Notes: a model not told the origin generated them from the letters alone. A stretch of 64,000 nt of DNA from Candidatus Saccharimonadota bacterium (GCA_027450065.1 DAIDKK010000001.1:13438-77437), one strand, 5' to 3'. Shown: positions 18,446 through 26,491, counted from the first letter of the stretch. A program made the numbers and translations.

Positions 18446-18555
18446 CAATCCAAGGAGCGAAGTCGAATGAATGGAATTTTAAGATGAAGAGCATAGGCTT
18501 AGGCCGAAGCTTTTGCCGAGAAGGCAAAACGAGGCAGGGCTGCAGGCTCTGACGA
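18446..18555 (+). promoter_or_regulatory. Conserved ~110-nt leader abutting tRNA-Gly (paralog of 29121-29228 upstream of tRNA-Pro)
   Basis: Alignable by eye over the full length with the reverse complement of 29121-29228, including the exact 18-mer taggccgaagcttttgcc. Both copies end ..gacga at the tRNA 5' end. Confidence 0.7.
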
Positions 18556-18630
18556 GCGGGTGTCGTATAACGGCCATTATGCAGCCTTCCCAAGGCTGAG
18601 ACGGGGGTTCGACTCCCCCCACCCGCACCA
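18556..18630 (+). tRNA. tRNA-Gly (CCC)
   Basis: Acceptor gcgggtg/cacccgc, anticodon loop ttCCCaa, T-arm ggggg-ttcgact-ccccc, encoded CCA. Confidence 0.85.
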
Positions 18631-18758
18631 ATAGAAATTCCTTAGCCATCGACTGGGGTATTTCTATGGCTAGGGCTGAAATGAATGCGAGCCCCAGTAG
18701 CGACCTGGCCAAACCTTACACTATGCCTCTCAGTCTGCTACAATAATCGTCAGCATTT

Positions 18759-19118
18759 ATGACGGGCAAAAAACACTTCATTCAAGATCGCAGCGCTTTA
18801 TTACTGGTGAGTACGAACGCATTTTTGGCGCTCGCGGCCGTGGTACTTATATCTCTTAAGCTGAATGCCAGCAAAGGTACTGTTAACTATATCGTGTCGT
18901 ACCGGGCATCACTCGGCATAGACAGCTATGCACAAGGAACATTTTGGGACATTATGAGCTTTATTGTCGCGGCGGTGCTTATCCTGACCCTAAGCGTACT
19001 ACTTGCAGTCCGTACCTATCATATTAAACGGGAGCTTTCTATGGCGGTACTCATACTTACCATTCCGCTTCTTGTCCTTTTGATAATTGTCAGCAATGCA
19101 TTGCTCATTTTGCGATAA
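18759..19118 (+). CDS. Small polytopic membrane protein
   Basis: 119 aa with 3-4 predicted TM helices. Immediately precedes the GT2 gene. Confidence 0.5.
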   Translation: MTGKKHFIQDRSALLLVSTNAFLALAAVVLISLKLNASKGTVNYIVSYRASLGIDSYAQGTFWDIMSFIVAAVLILTLSVLLAVRTYHIKRELSMAVLILTIPLLVLLIIVSNALLILR

Positions 19119-19121
19119 GCT

Positions 19122-20741
19122 ATGACAGATATAGAGATACCCCTCGAAAGAAACCGTAAGGGTCACTATCGGTTTTTGGAAATAATGCCAGGGTTACTGA
19201 GTTGGGGTATGCTGGCGCTACCTTTTGTACTGAGCCTGATTAATGTAAAGCTCGCAGCTTTTTTTATGTTCGTCTACGTACTCATAAATTTTACTCGTGG
19301 TGCGGCAGGGGGGTTTCGAGCCATTCAGGGCTACCGAACGATGCGGCAGCACCAACAATTGCCATGGGCCACCATGCTCCAAGAACTTCGCGATGGAGCC
19401 ATACCTTCTCGCGCTGAGCGGCCAAAATGGCACCACTATGCGATAGATAGAACTGCCTATCGCCCACTCCTTATGCCACCCGAGGAGCTTATTCACGCTG
19501 TTATCATTGCGACGTATAAGGAATCACGAGATATTCTTGCCCCAACAATCGAGGCGCTACTTGCTTCGGACTACAATATGAAGCAGGTTATTTTTATCCT
19601 GGCCTATGAAGGGCGAGCAGGAGAGGAAACCGAAAATCGTGCCAAAGAACTTGTTGCAACATACGGTTCGCGGTTTTTGGATGCATTGGCCATCAAGCAC
19701 CCTAGCAATATCCCGAATGAGATTGTTGGTAAGGGAGCAAACGTTACCTACGCGGGGCGGCAGCTCAAGCAGTATCTCGAAGACCGTCACATTGATCCTT
19801 TGCGTGTTCTCGTTACGACACTTGATGCCGATAATAGGCCCGACAAACATTACCTAACCGCCCTGAGCTATACCTATATAGTATGCCCCGATCCGGTCCA
19901 CAGTTCATTCCAGCCGGTAGCGCTCTTTGCGAATAATATTTGGGATGTGCCGGCGCCCATGCGTGTACTTGCCACCGGAAACTCGATTTTTCATCTGGTT
20001 ACCTCATTACGGTCGCATGCTCTCCGAAACTTCTCCTCACACGCTCAGCCTATGGTTGCCCTCATACAGACTGATTTTTGGAGTGTTCGGACTATCGTGG
20101 AAGATGGTCACCAGTTTTGGCGATCATATTTCCGCTTCGATGGGAATTATCGCGTACTGCCACTCCATCTACCCATCTCACAAGACGCAGTCCTTTCCGA
20201 GTCGTACCTCAAGACAATCAAGGCTCAGTTTCTCCAGATTCGGCGTTGGACGTATGGGGTTTCGGACGTCCCGTACGTCATTCATATGGGGTTATTCCGT
20301 AAGAATACGATTCCAAAACGTGATTTATTAGCCAAAACATGGCGCTTGCTGGAAGGGCATGTTAGCTGGGCGGTCGGACCATTACTTGTTCTCTTCGGTG
20401 GCTTTATACCTGTTATGTTTCACTCCAGGAGCTATGCGGCGCTTGAATTACCTATTATCGTGAGTCGTATACAGACAATTGCTCTATCGGTTGCCACGGT
20501 CAGCGTTTTCTTGGCGCTGAAAACTCTACCCAAAAAGCCAGCTCGGTACAAGCGTCACCGCACTATCTTTATGGTGCTGCAATGGGTGTATCTACCAGTG
20601 ACCACCATTGTCTTTAACTCGTTTGCAGCACTTTACTCTCAGACGCGTCTTCTATTTGGCCGATATATGTCCAAGTTTGATGTGACAGAAAAAGCTGTTG
20701 TATCTGATGCAACCGGAACAGGTCGAACTGCGAAGCTGTAA
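19122..20741 (+). CDS. Membrane glycosyltransferase, family 2-like (processive synthase type)
   Basis: N- and C-terminal TM helices flank a GT-A domain (VIIATYKESRDIL..., TLDADNRP, QxxRW-like QIRRWTYG). Confidence 0.7.
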   Translation: MTDIEIPLERNRKGHYRFLEIMPGLLSWGMLALPFVLSLINVKLAAFFMFVYVLINFTRGAAGGFRAIQGYRTMRQHQQLPWATMLQELRDGAIPSRAERPKWHHYAIDRTAYRPLLMPPEELIHAVIIATYKESRDILAPTIEALLASDYNMKQVIFILAYEGRAGEETENRAKELVATYGSRFLDALAIKHPSNIPNEIVGKGANVTYAGRQLKQYLEDRHIDPLRVLVTTLDADNRPDKHYLTALSYTYIVCPDPVHSSFQPVALFANNIWDVPAPMRVLATGNSIFHLVTSLRSHALRNFSSHAQPMVALIQTDFWSVRTIVEDGHQFWRSYFRFDGNYRVLPLHLPISQDAVLSESYLKTIKAQFLQIRRWTYGVSDVPYVIHMGLFRKNTIPKRDLLAKTWRLLEGHVSWAVGPLLVLFGGFIPVMFHSRSYAALELPIIVSRIQTIALSVATVSVFLALKTLPKKPARYKRHRTIFMVLQWVYLPVTTIVFNSFAALYSQTRLLFGRYMSKFDVTEKAVVSDATGTGRTAKL

Positions 20742-20746
20742 GAGTA

Positions 20747-21151
20747 TCAGGCTTTGTGATAGGCAGCATACGAGATGGCTGCCACTCTATCAAACCGCTG
20801 AAGCGTGTTGTATGCAACTGAACGTATAGCTGCAACCTCGATAGAGGCCCCAGGACGGGTTTTTAGCAGGTGAGCGATAACTGTGGCGGCTAAGGCGCTC
20901 GCTGCATCTATAGCGTCGCTACGATGTCCAAGCGCTTGTACAAGACTCATAAAAAGCGTATCACGGCTAAAAGGCTCAATCGAACCATCTGGCCGAGTAA
21001 TGCTGAGGCTTAGAGAGAGGTCGGCCGATTCTACGGTAGTGAATATGGCCCCACAATGTTTGCAGGCTCGTCGTCGCCATACGTGACCGTGGCGCCTCTG
21101 TTCTCGGGAATTTGTGACGTAGGTTGAATTACCGCAATATATGCATACCAT
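20747..21151 (-). CDS. nrdR: Transcriptional repressor NrdR
   Basis: N-terminal zinc ribbon CIYCG...CKHCG followed by an ATP-cone-like region, 134 aa. Confidence 0.85.
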   Translation of the reverse strand: MVCIYCGNSTYVTNSREQRRHGHVWRRRACKHCGAIFTTVESADLSLSLSITRPDGSIEPFSRDTLFMSLVQALGHRSDAIDAASALAATVIAHLLKTRPGASIEVAAIRSVAYNTLQRFDRVAAISYAAYHKA

Positions 21152-21566
21152 GTCAACATATTGTCATATCGCTTGTAAAAAAGCCAGTGGAAAACTTAGT
21201 CGTATCGTGGAAAACCCCGTGATACTAAAAACCCGGCCTTCGCTTATGCGAAGGCCGGGGCATTGTCTTATGAATGGTTTATGCAGTCCTTACCCGGCGG
21301 ATTCGAACAATTCGTTTCACGCTGGGCAGCTCTTCATAAAACAACTGAAAGCCCTGCAAAGAGCTCGGTTGCTTGGTACTCACCAAAATACCTCGATTAA
21401 CTGGACTAGTGTACTACTCGAAAACTTGCAAGTCAATACATGTGATGATATACATAAGCATTATAACAGGGGTAGCGATATAAGATTGCAGCTTGATTGC
21501 AGCCTGCCTTATCTGCTATAGTATCTTGAGCTTCGACAGGTACGATATGATAAATACGTATCGAGC

Positions 21567-21643
21567 GGGCGATTAGCTCATTTGGCTAGAGCGCCACATT
21601 GACGTTGTGGAGGTGATAGGTTCGAATCCTATATCGCCCACCA
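21567..21643 (+). tRNA. tRNA-Val (GAC)
   Basis: Acceptor gggcgat/atcgccc, anticodon stem ccaca/tgtgg with loop ttGACgt, T-loop ttcgaat, encoded CCA. Promoter TTGATT-18-TATAGT (with upstream TG) at 21493-21522. Confidence 0.9.
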
Positions 21644-21800
21644 CTAAAATACCCCCGGTCTCGGGGGTATTTTAGTGGTGGGGTAGTGCTAGATGAAAAG
21701 TGGCCGAAGGCAGTTCGATAATCGAGCGATGAGCGAGATTATATGCAGAAACCGAGCTGACCAGCAGCTATAAGAATATGTCAGCCCGGCTTGAAGCTAT

Positions 21801-21819
21801 AATCCTATATCGCCCACCA
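21801..21819 (+). repeat. Second copy of the tRNA-Val 3' end (aatcctatatcgcccacca)
   Basis: 19 of 19 nt identical to 21625-21643. Followed by its own hairpin, which pairs with the CCA. Confidence 0.8.
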
Positions 21820-21880
21820 TATAAAAACCACCCCTTGAGGGTGATTTTTATATGGGGAAACAGGCCGATTCCACGAAGTG

Positions 21881-21893
21881 ATATCGCCCACCA
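21881..21893 (+). repeat. Third copy of the tRNA-Val 3' end (atatcgcccacca)
   Basis: 13 of 13 nt identical to 21631-21643. Followed by a perfect 19-bp hairpin, caccaaagtaaaacactcc / ggagtgttttactttggtg. Confidence 0.75.
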
Positions 21894-22404
21894 AAGTAAA
21901 ACACTCCTTTCATGGGAGTGTTTTACTTTGGTGACTATGAATAATTCGAGAACTGTAGAGTGAGCGAAACGAACGAAGGCTCAACAAGCACGAAGCGTAC
22001 TATCCTACAATGACCCATGCCTTAACCCCTATCAAATCGAATAGCATTTTTGCATTCCGCAACATTATTAAAACTCGCAAGGCGCACAGCCTATCAGCTG
22101 TGTGGGCAGATCGTTGATGCTATTCAGATTTGTCATAGGAAACTATGACAGCCCAAAAACCTAGCTATATCCCATATCTCAGCCGAGGCATAAAAAGAGC
22201 GAAATACGGTTATCCACTTATCCACAGAAGCAGACAAAGATTCATTAAAAAGGGGCTAGCCAAATCAGGCTAGGTACTTTATACTAGCTCGTGAGGTGAG
22301 GTTCTGCCGAGAGGTTTTAACCGAACAGAAAAACACTTGGATGCAATTGCGAGAACATCCAAGTGTTTTTTATTGCTATGCAAATTAGTACGACCGACGC
22401 TTTT

Positions 22405-22597
22405 GTGTAAGGGTTAAGAGTGTTAAAATAGCCAGTAAGCATTGATGTGGACTCACCACCCACGGAGCTTCGTTGATGTGGCGACAGGGTACGATAACCG
22501 TAGTTGCAAGAGTAAAAGCTTAGGTGGAACCTTCGGCTGATGGCCGAACCCGAGCACGCTAGAGAACATGGGTATGTTCAGTAGCGTGTTTTTTATT
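22405..22597 (+). promoter_or_regulatory. T-box leader (Thr-specific) controlling thrS
   Basis: Antiterminator with helix A1 gcttagg/cccgagc, the 7-nt bulge UGGAACC (canonical UGGNACC) and hairpin A2 ttcggc-tgatg-gccgaa. It is mutually exclusive with the terminator gagcacgctagagaacat..atgttcagtagcgtg followed by T6. A candidate ACC specifier lies at about 22456. Confidence 0.8.
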
Positions 22598-22625
22598 TGG
22601 TTACTTAATGGCAAGGAGGCTTACC

Positions 22626-24485
22626 ATGGCTGATACACAAGATAAACTCTATGCGATGCGACATAGTCTGGCGCATATTATGGCGACAGCAATACAAGAT
22701 CTCTGGCCAGACGTTAAGTTGGGCGTTGGCCCGGTGGTAGAGAATGGCTTTTATTATGATGTCGATCTTGGGGATATAAAACTGAGCGAAGAAGATTTTC
22801 CGCGCATCGAAGCAAGCATGCAGGCTATTATTAAGACTGCCCAGCCTTTCGAGCGATTTACGATGCCAATTGCTGAGGCTCTTGAATGGGCTCATAAATA
22901 CGGCCAGCCCTACAAGGCGGAATTGCTACATGATTTACAACGAGAGGGCACTACTGTCGCAAAAGATTTGAATGCTGCCATGATGGGTTTGCCGGCTGGT
23001 GTTGGCGGCACAACAGCTCCTCAGGTGATTACCGAAGTATCTTTCTACAGAAACGGAGATTTTACTGACCTGTGCCGGGGCCCACACGTCGAATCGACGA
23101 ATAAAGTCGGGGCCTTTAAGCTGATGCGGGTCGCGGGAGCCTACTGGCGCGGTAAAGAGACGAATCCGCAGATGCAGCGTATCTACGGGGTGGCTTTTGA
23201 GACGCCCAAAGAGTTACGTCAGTACCTCGATATGCTCGAAGAGGCAAAAAAGCGCGATCACCGCAAGCTTGGGCAAGAACTAGACTTATTTATCACCTCC
23301 GACATGGTTGGCTCGGGCCTGCCTATATTTACCCCAAGGGGCACGGTGCTCCGCGAAGAACTGGCTGCCTTTAGTAATGCGCTACGCGAAAACTACGAGT
23401 TCCAGAAGGTGTGGACGCCGCATATGACCAAAAAGGATCTCTACGAGGCGAGCGGTCACTGGGCAAAGTTTGGTGATGAGCTCTTTCTGGTCAAAAGTCA
23501 GGAAACGAGTGATGAGCTGGTGCTGAAGCCCATGAACTGCCCACACCACACGCGTATTTATGCCTCTCAGCCGCGTAGTTACCGCGATTTACCGGTACGC
23601 TACCTCGAGACTACCACGGACTACCGGGATGAAAAGACGGGCGAGCTCGGTGGCTTGAGTCGTGTGCGGGCGCTCACGCAAGATGATAGCCATGTATTTT
23701 GTCGCCAGGATCAGATTGAAGCGGAGATTGATAATCTTCTGAACTGTGCGCGGGAGCTTTATAGTACAGTCGGCATGGATTTGCGCGTTCGTCTGAGCTA
23801 TCGGGATAACACTGATGCTTATCTGGGAGATATGACACTCTGGGAAAATGCCCAGAAGCAACTCAAGGCGGCCGTCGTGGCAAATGAGCTTCAGTATTTT
23901 GAGCAAGATGGCGAGGCGGCATTTTATGGGCCAAAAATAGACTTTATGGTAACGGACGCCATTGGCAGAGAACACCAGCTGGCAACGGTTCAGCTTGATT
24001 TTGTGCAACCAGAACGATTTGGCCTGGAGTATACGGCCGAAGACGGTTCGTCGCAGCGACCTATTATGATTCATTCTGCATTGCTCGGCTCAATTGAGCG
24101 GTTCCTATCGGTGTATATTGAGCATACCGCTGGAAAATTCCCAGTCTGGTGCGCGCCGGAGCAGGTACGTATTGTAAGCGTGAACCAAGAGGAAGAGACG
24201 CTGGCATTCGTGAATGTGCTACGCCAAAAAGGCAGAGAGCTGGGTCTACGTATCGAGACAGATAATACGAATGAATCTGTCGGCAAGAAGATTCGTGCCG
24301 CCGAACTGTGGAAGGTGCCGTATGTTATCGTTGCTGGCGATAAGGAGATAGCCGGCGGTGAACTGGTGCCACGTATTCGCAAAGACTTGGTAGTCAGTGA
24401 AATAGCCAAAAGCTATACAGCAGACGAGTTTTTACGCACGGTAGCTAATGAAGCCAAAACCCGCGTCAATAAATCTTCGATGTAA
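22626..24485 (+). CDS. thrS: Threonyl-tRNA synthetase (no N-terminal TGS domain)
   Basis: Starts at the editing-domain motif AMRHSLAHIMATAIQDLWP and has class II catalytic motifs and an anticodon-binding domain. The ATG at 22626 is preceded by AAGGAGG. Confidence 0.9.
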   Translation: MADTQDKLYAMRHSLAHIMATAIQDLWPDVKLGVGPVVENGFYYDVDLGDIKLSEEDFPRIEASMQAIIKTAQPFERFTMPIAEALEWAHKYGQPYKAELLHDLQREGTTVAKDLNAAMMGLPAGVGGTTAPQVITEVSFYRNGDFTDLCRGPHVESTNKVGAFKLMRVAGAYWRGKETNPQMQRIYGVAFETPKELRQYLDMLEEAKKRDHRKLGQELDLFITSDMVGSGLPIFTPRGTVLREELAAFSNALRENYEFQKVWTPHMTKKDLYEASGHWAKFGDELFLVKSQETSDELVLKPMNCPHHTRIYASQPRSYRDLPVRYLETTTDYRDEKTGELGGLSRVRALTQDDSHVFCRQDQIEAEIDNLLNCARELYSTVGMDLRVRLSYRDNTDAYLGDMTLWENAQKQLKAAVVANELQYFEQDGEAAFYGPKIDFMVTDAIGREHQLATVQLDFVQPERFGLEYTAEDGSSQRPIMIHSALLGSIERFLSVYIEHTAGKFPVWCAPEQVRIVSVNQEEETLAFVNVLRQKGRELGLRIETDNTNESVGKKIRAAELWKVPYVIVAGDKEIAGGELVPRIRKDLVVSEIAKSYTADEFLRTVANEAKTRVNKSSM

Positions 24486-24486
24486 T

Positions 24487-24828
24487 ATGAAAAAAACCAC
24501 CAGTACCAACGAATCTAATTTTCGGGAGCGAGTTGAAGTGGTGGTGGCCCAGATTCCTCGTGGCCGAGTCATGACGTACGGCCAGATAGCGGCACTGTGT
24601 GGTAACGCACGGGCAGCACGGATTGTGGGGGGTATCGCTCACTTTGGCGACACAAATTTGCCGTGGCAAAGAGTCGTCAACAAACAGGGAGGCCTTGCGA
24701 GTGGGTATCCTGGCGGCCGGGCTGGGCATAGGCAGGTGCTTGCAGCCGAAGGCGTGTTAGTCGCTGACGATATGCGGGTCGCTGTTTCCAAGTTGCTTTG
24801 GTGGCCGCCCGAACGGCGCAAGGTATGA
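24487..24828 (+). CDS. Alkyltransferase-like (ATL/YbaZ) MGMT-family DNA-binding protein lacking the catalytic Cys
   Basis: VAQIPRGRVMTYGQIA...LPWQRVV in place of the PCHRV motif, 113 aa. Confidence 0.7.
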   Translation: MKKTTSTNESNFRERVEVVVAQIPRGRVMTYGQIAALCGNARAARIVGGIAHFGDTNLPWQRVVNKQGGLASGYPGGRAGHRQVLAAEGVLVADDMRVAVSKLLWWPPERRKV

Positions 24829-25694
24829 AACGAGAAAACCCCCTAGTCGTTATTGTGGGAGAGACTGCTAGTGGCAAATCTGCACTGGCGATGGAAATTG
24901 CGGAGCGCTTTAATGGTGAAATAGTGTGTGCCGATTCCTGGACGGTGTATAAAGGGTTCGATATTGGCACCGCTAAGCCAAGTTTGGCCGATCAGCGGGC
25001 CATACCGCACCACCTACTCGATATAGCAGAACCAAGCGAAGGGTTTAGCGCTGCGGTGTTCAAGGAAGTGGCCCAACATGCCATACAGGACATCCAGAAC
25101 CGTCGGAAATTGCCCATTCTTGCCGGCGGCAGCGGTCTTTACGTCGATAGTGTGCTGTATGATTATGGATTTCTTGAGCAATCTGATCCCGTCAAACGCG
25201 CATTATTAGATGCAATGGAATTACCAAGCCTAATTGCTCATGCAAATAAACTTGGACTCGATATGATGGATATTGATATTCGTAATAAGCGGAGGGTCAT
25301 TCGCCATATCGAGAATATGGGCGTGCGCCCCACAAAGCAGCCGGTTAGACAGAGTACACTCGTGTTGGGGCTGCAGGTTCCCCGTGATGAGCTTGCCAAA
25401 CGAACGGAGGCACGAGTCGACGCGATGATGGCACAAGGATTAGAGGACGAGGTGCGGCAATTATCCGCACGGTATGGCTGGGATGCGGAACCCATGAAAG
25501 GGATTGGATACCGTGAATGGCAGGATTACTTTATGGGCACACAAACATTTTCAGAAACTCGCCAAAAAATCCTGCAAAATACAAGACAGCTCGCCAAGAA
25601 ACAGCGAACGTGGTTCAAACGTAATAATAGTATTCAATGGATAAATACAAGAAGTAAAACTGTAGATTTAGTAACAACGTTTTTGAACAATTAA
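24825..25694 (+). CDS. miaA: tRNA dimethylallyltransferase
   Basis: P-loop IVGETASGKSALA followed by DSWTVYKGFDIGTAKP. ATGA overlap with the upstream gene. Confidence 0.85.
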   Translation: MKRENPLVVIVGETASGKSALAMEIAERFNGEIVCADSWTVYKGFDIGTAKPSLADQRAIPHHLLDIAEPSEGFSAAVFKEVAQHAIQDIQNRRKLPILAGGSGLYVDSVLYDYGFLEQSDPVKRALLDAMELPSLIAHANKLGLDMMDIDIRNKRRVIRHIENMGVRPTKQPVRQSTLVLGLQVPRDELAKRTEARVDAMMAQGLEDEVRQLSARYGWDAEPMKGIGYREWQDYFMGTQTFSETRQKILQNTRQLAKKQRTWFKRNNSIQWINTRSKTVDLVTTFLNN

Positions 25695-25760
25695 GATTTT
25701 TGTGCAACCGCCTGGTGCTGCTATACTATCTACAGAAACTTGAACAGGAAGGAACGCGCT

Positions 25761-26381
25761 ATGGTTGAGCAACTATTTGGATCGAAGACTCGTGTAAAAT
25801 TGCTGCGACTATTTTATAGCAATCCAAACCGTTCTTTCTATGTGCGTGAAATAACCCGTAAGATTGAAGAGCAGATTAACTCGGTCCGCAGGGAGCTTGC
25901 AAACCTTCTTAATATTGGCATCATCACGAGCGACACGAGCAACAATAAAGTCTACTACGAGGTTAACCAAAAGTACGAGTACTACGCACCGTTGCAAGAT
26001 ATATTCGGAGATACGAAGCAGCGACGTAAAGTGACGAAAGCAGCCATCAAGACTGAAGGGGAACCAGTGACGATAGAAACAGATGAGGAGAAGTCTGATT
26101 TGAGAGCACTCGGGAATGTAGAGGTTGCGTGTTTCTTGGGTCAGTTTACTCGAGATGAGACGAGTGGTGTCGATATTCTGATTGTTGGAAACGTAAATCA
26201 TAATGCTGTTTCCAAATACGTTACGGAACTCGAGCGGCAAGAAGGCAAGGATTTACGTTACACCGTATTCACACTCGATGAATTTCGTTATCGCATGCAA
26301 ATAAAAGATCGATTCATATCAAATGTACTGCGTTCAAAGAAGCAGGTACTTGTTGATAAACCGGGCCTGCTGAACGAGTAA
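25761..26381 (+). CDS. Winged-helix (ArsR-like) DNA-binding protein with a C-terminal nucleotidyltransferase-like domain
   Basis: LFGSKTRVKLLRLFYSNPNRSFYVREITRKI wHTH. The ATG at 25761 has an AGGAAGGA RBS. Confidence 0.6.
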   Translation: MVEQLFGSKTRVKLLRLFYSNPNRSFYVREITRKIEEQINSVRRELANLLNIGIITSDTSNNKVYYEVNQKYEYYAPLQDIFGDTKQRRKVTKAAIKTEGEPVTIETDEEKSDLRALGNVEVACFLGQFTRDETSGVDILIVGNVNHNAVSKYVTELERQEGKDLRYTVFTLDEFRYRMQIKDRFISNVLRSKKQVLVDKPGLLNE

Positions 26382-26491
26382 CCCCTCGCTAGATAGCTTG
26401 CAACTTTTAGTTTTAAGGGTCGTACGCTATAGTATAGTCAGCGGCTGGCACTGTGCCGACCCTCTGGAAACATAAGTATTATTGGAGTTTT

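Noticed and set aside
18460-18495. Mini-ORFs with a GGAG upstream in the Gly and Pro leaders (MNGILR* and MKF*) as leader peptides.
   Set aside because: The peptides are not conserved between the two copies in length or sequence. This is kept only as a remark under the leader finding.
21290-21310. ggcggattcgaac, which looks like a minus-strand tRNA/tmRNA T-arm.
   Set aside because: The flanking bases cannot form a T-stem (aattg versus ccgcc). There is no acceptor stem or CCA and no tag-peptide-like ORF.
21141-21521. 126-aa ORF on the + strand in the nrdR-tRNA-Val gap.
   Set aside because: It has no RBS and a Cys/His/Arg/Asn-rich junk-like composition. It spans a strong hairpin and a minus-strand promoter. 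The region is better explained as non-coding.
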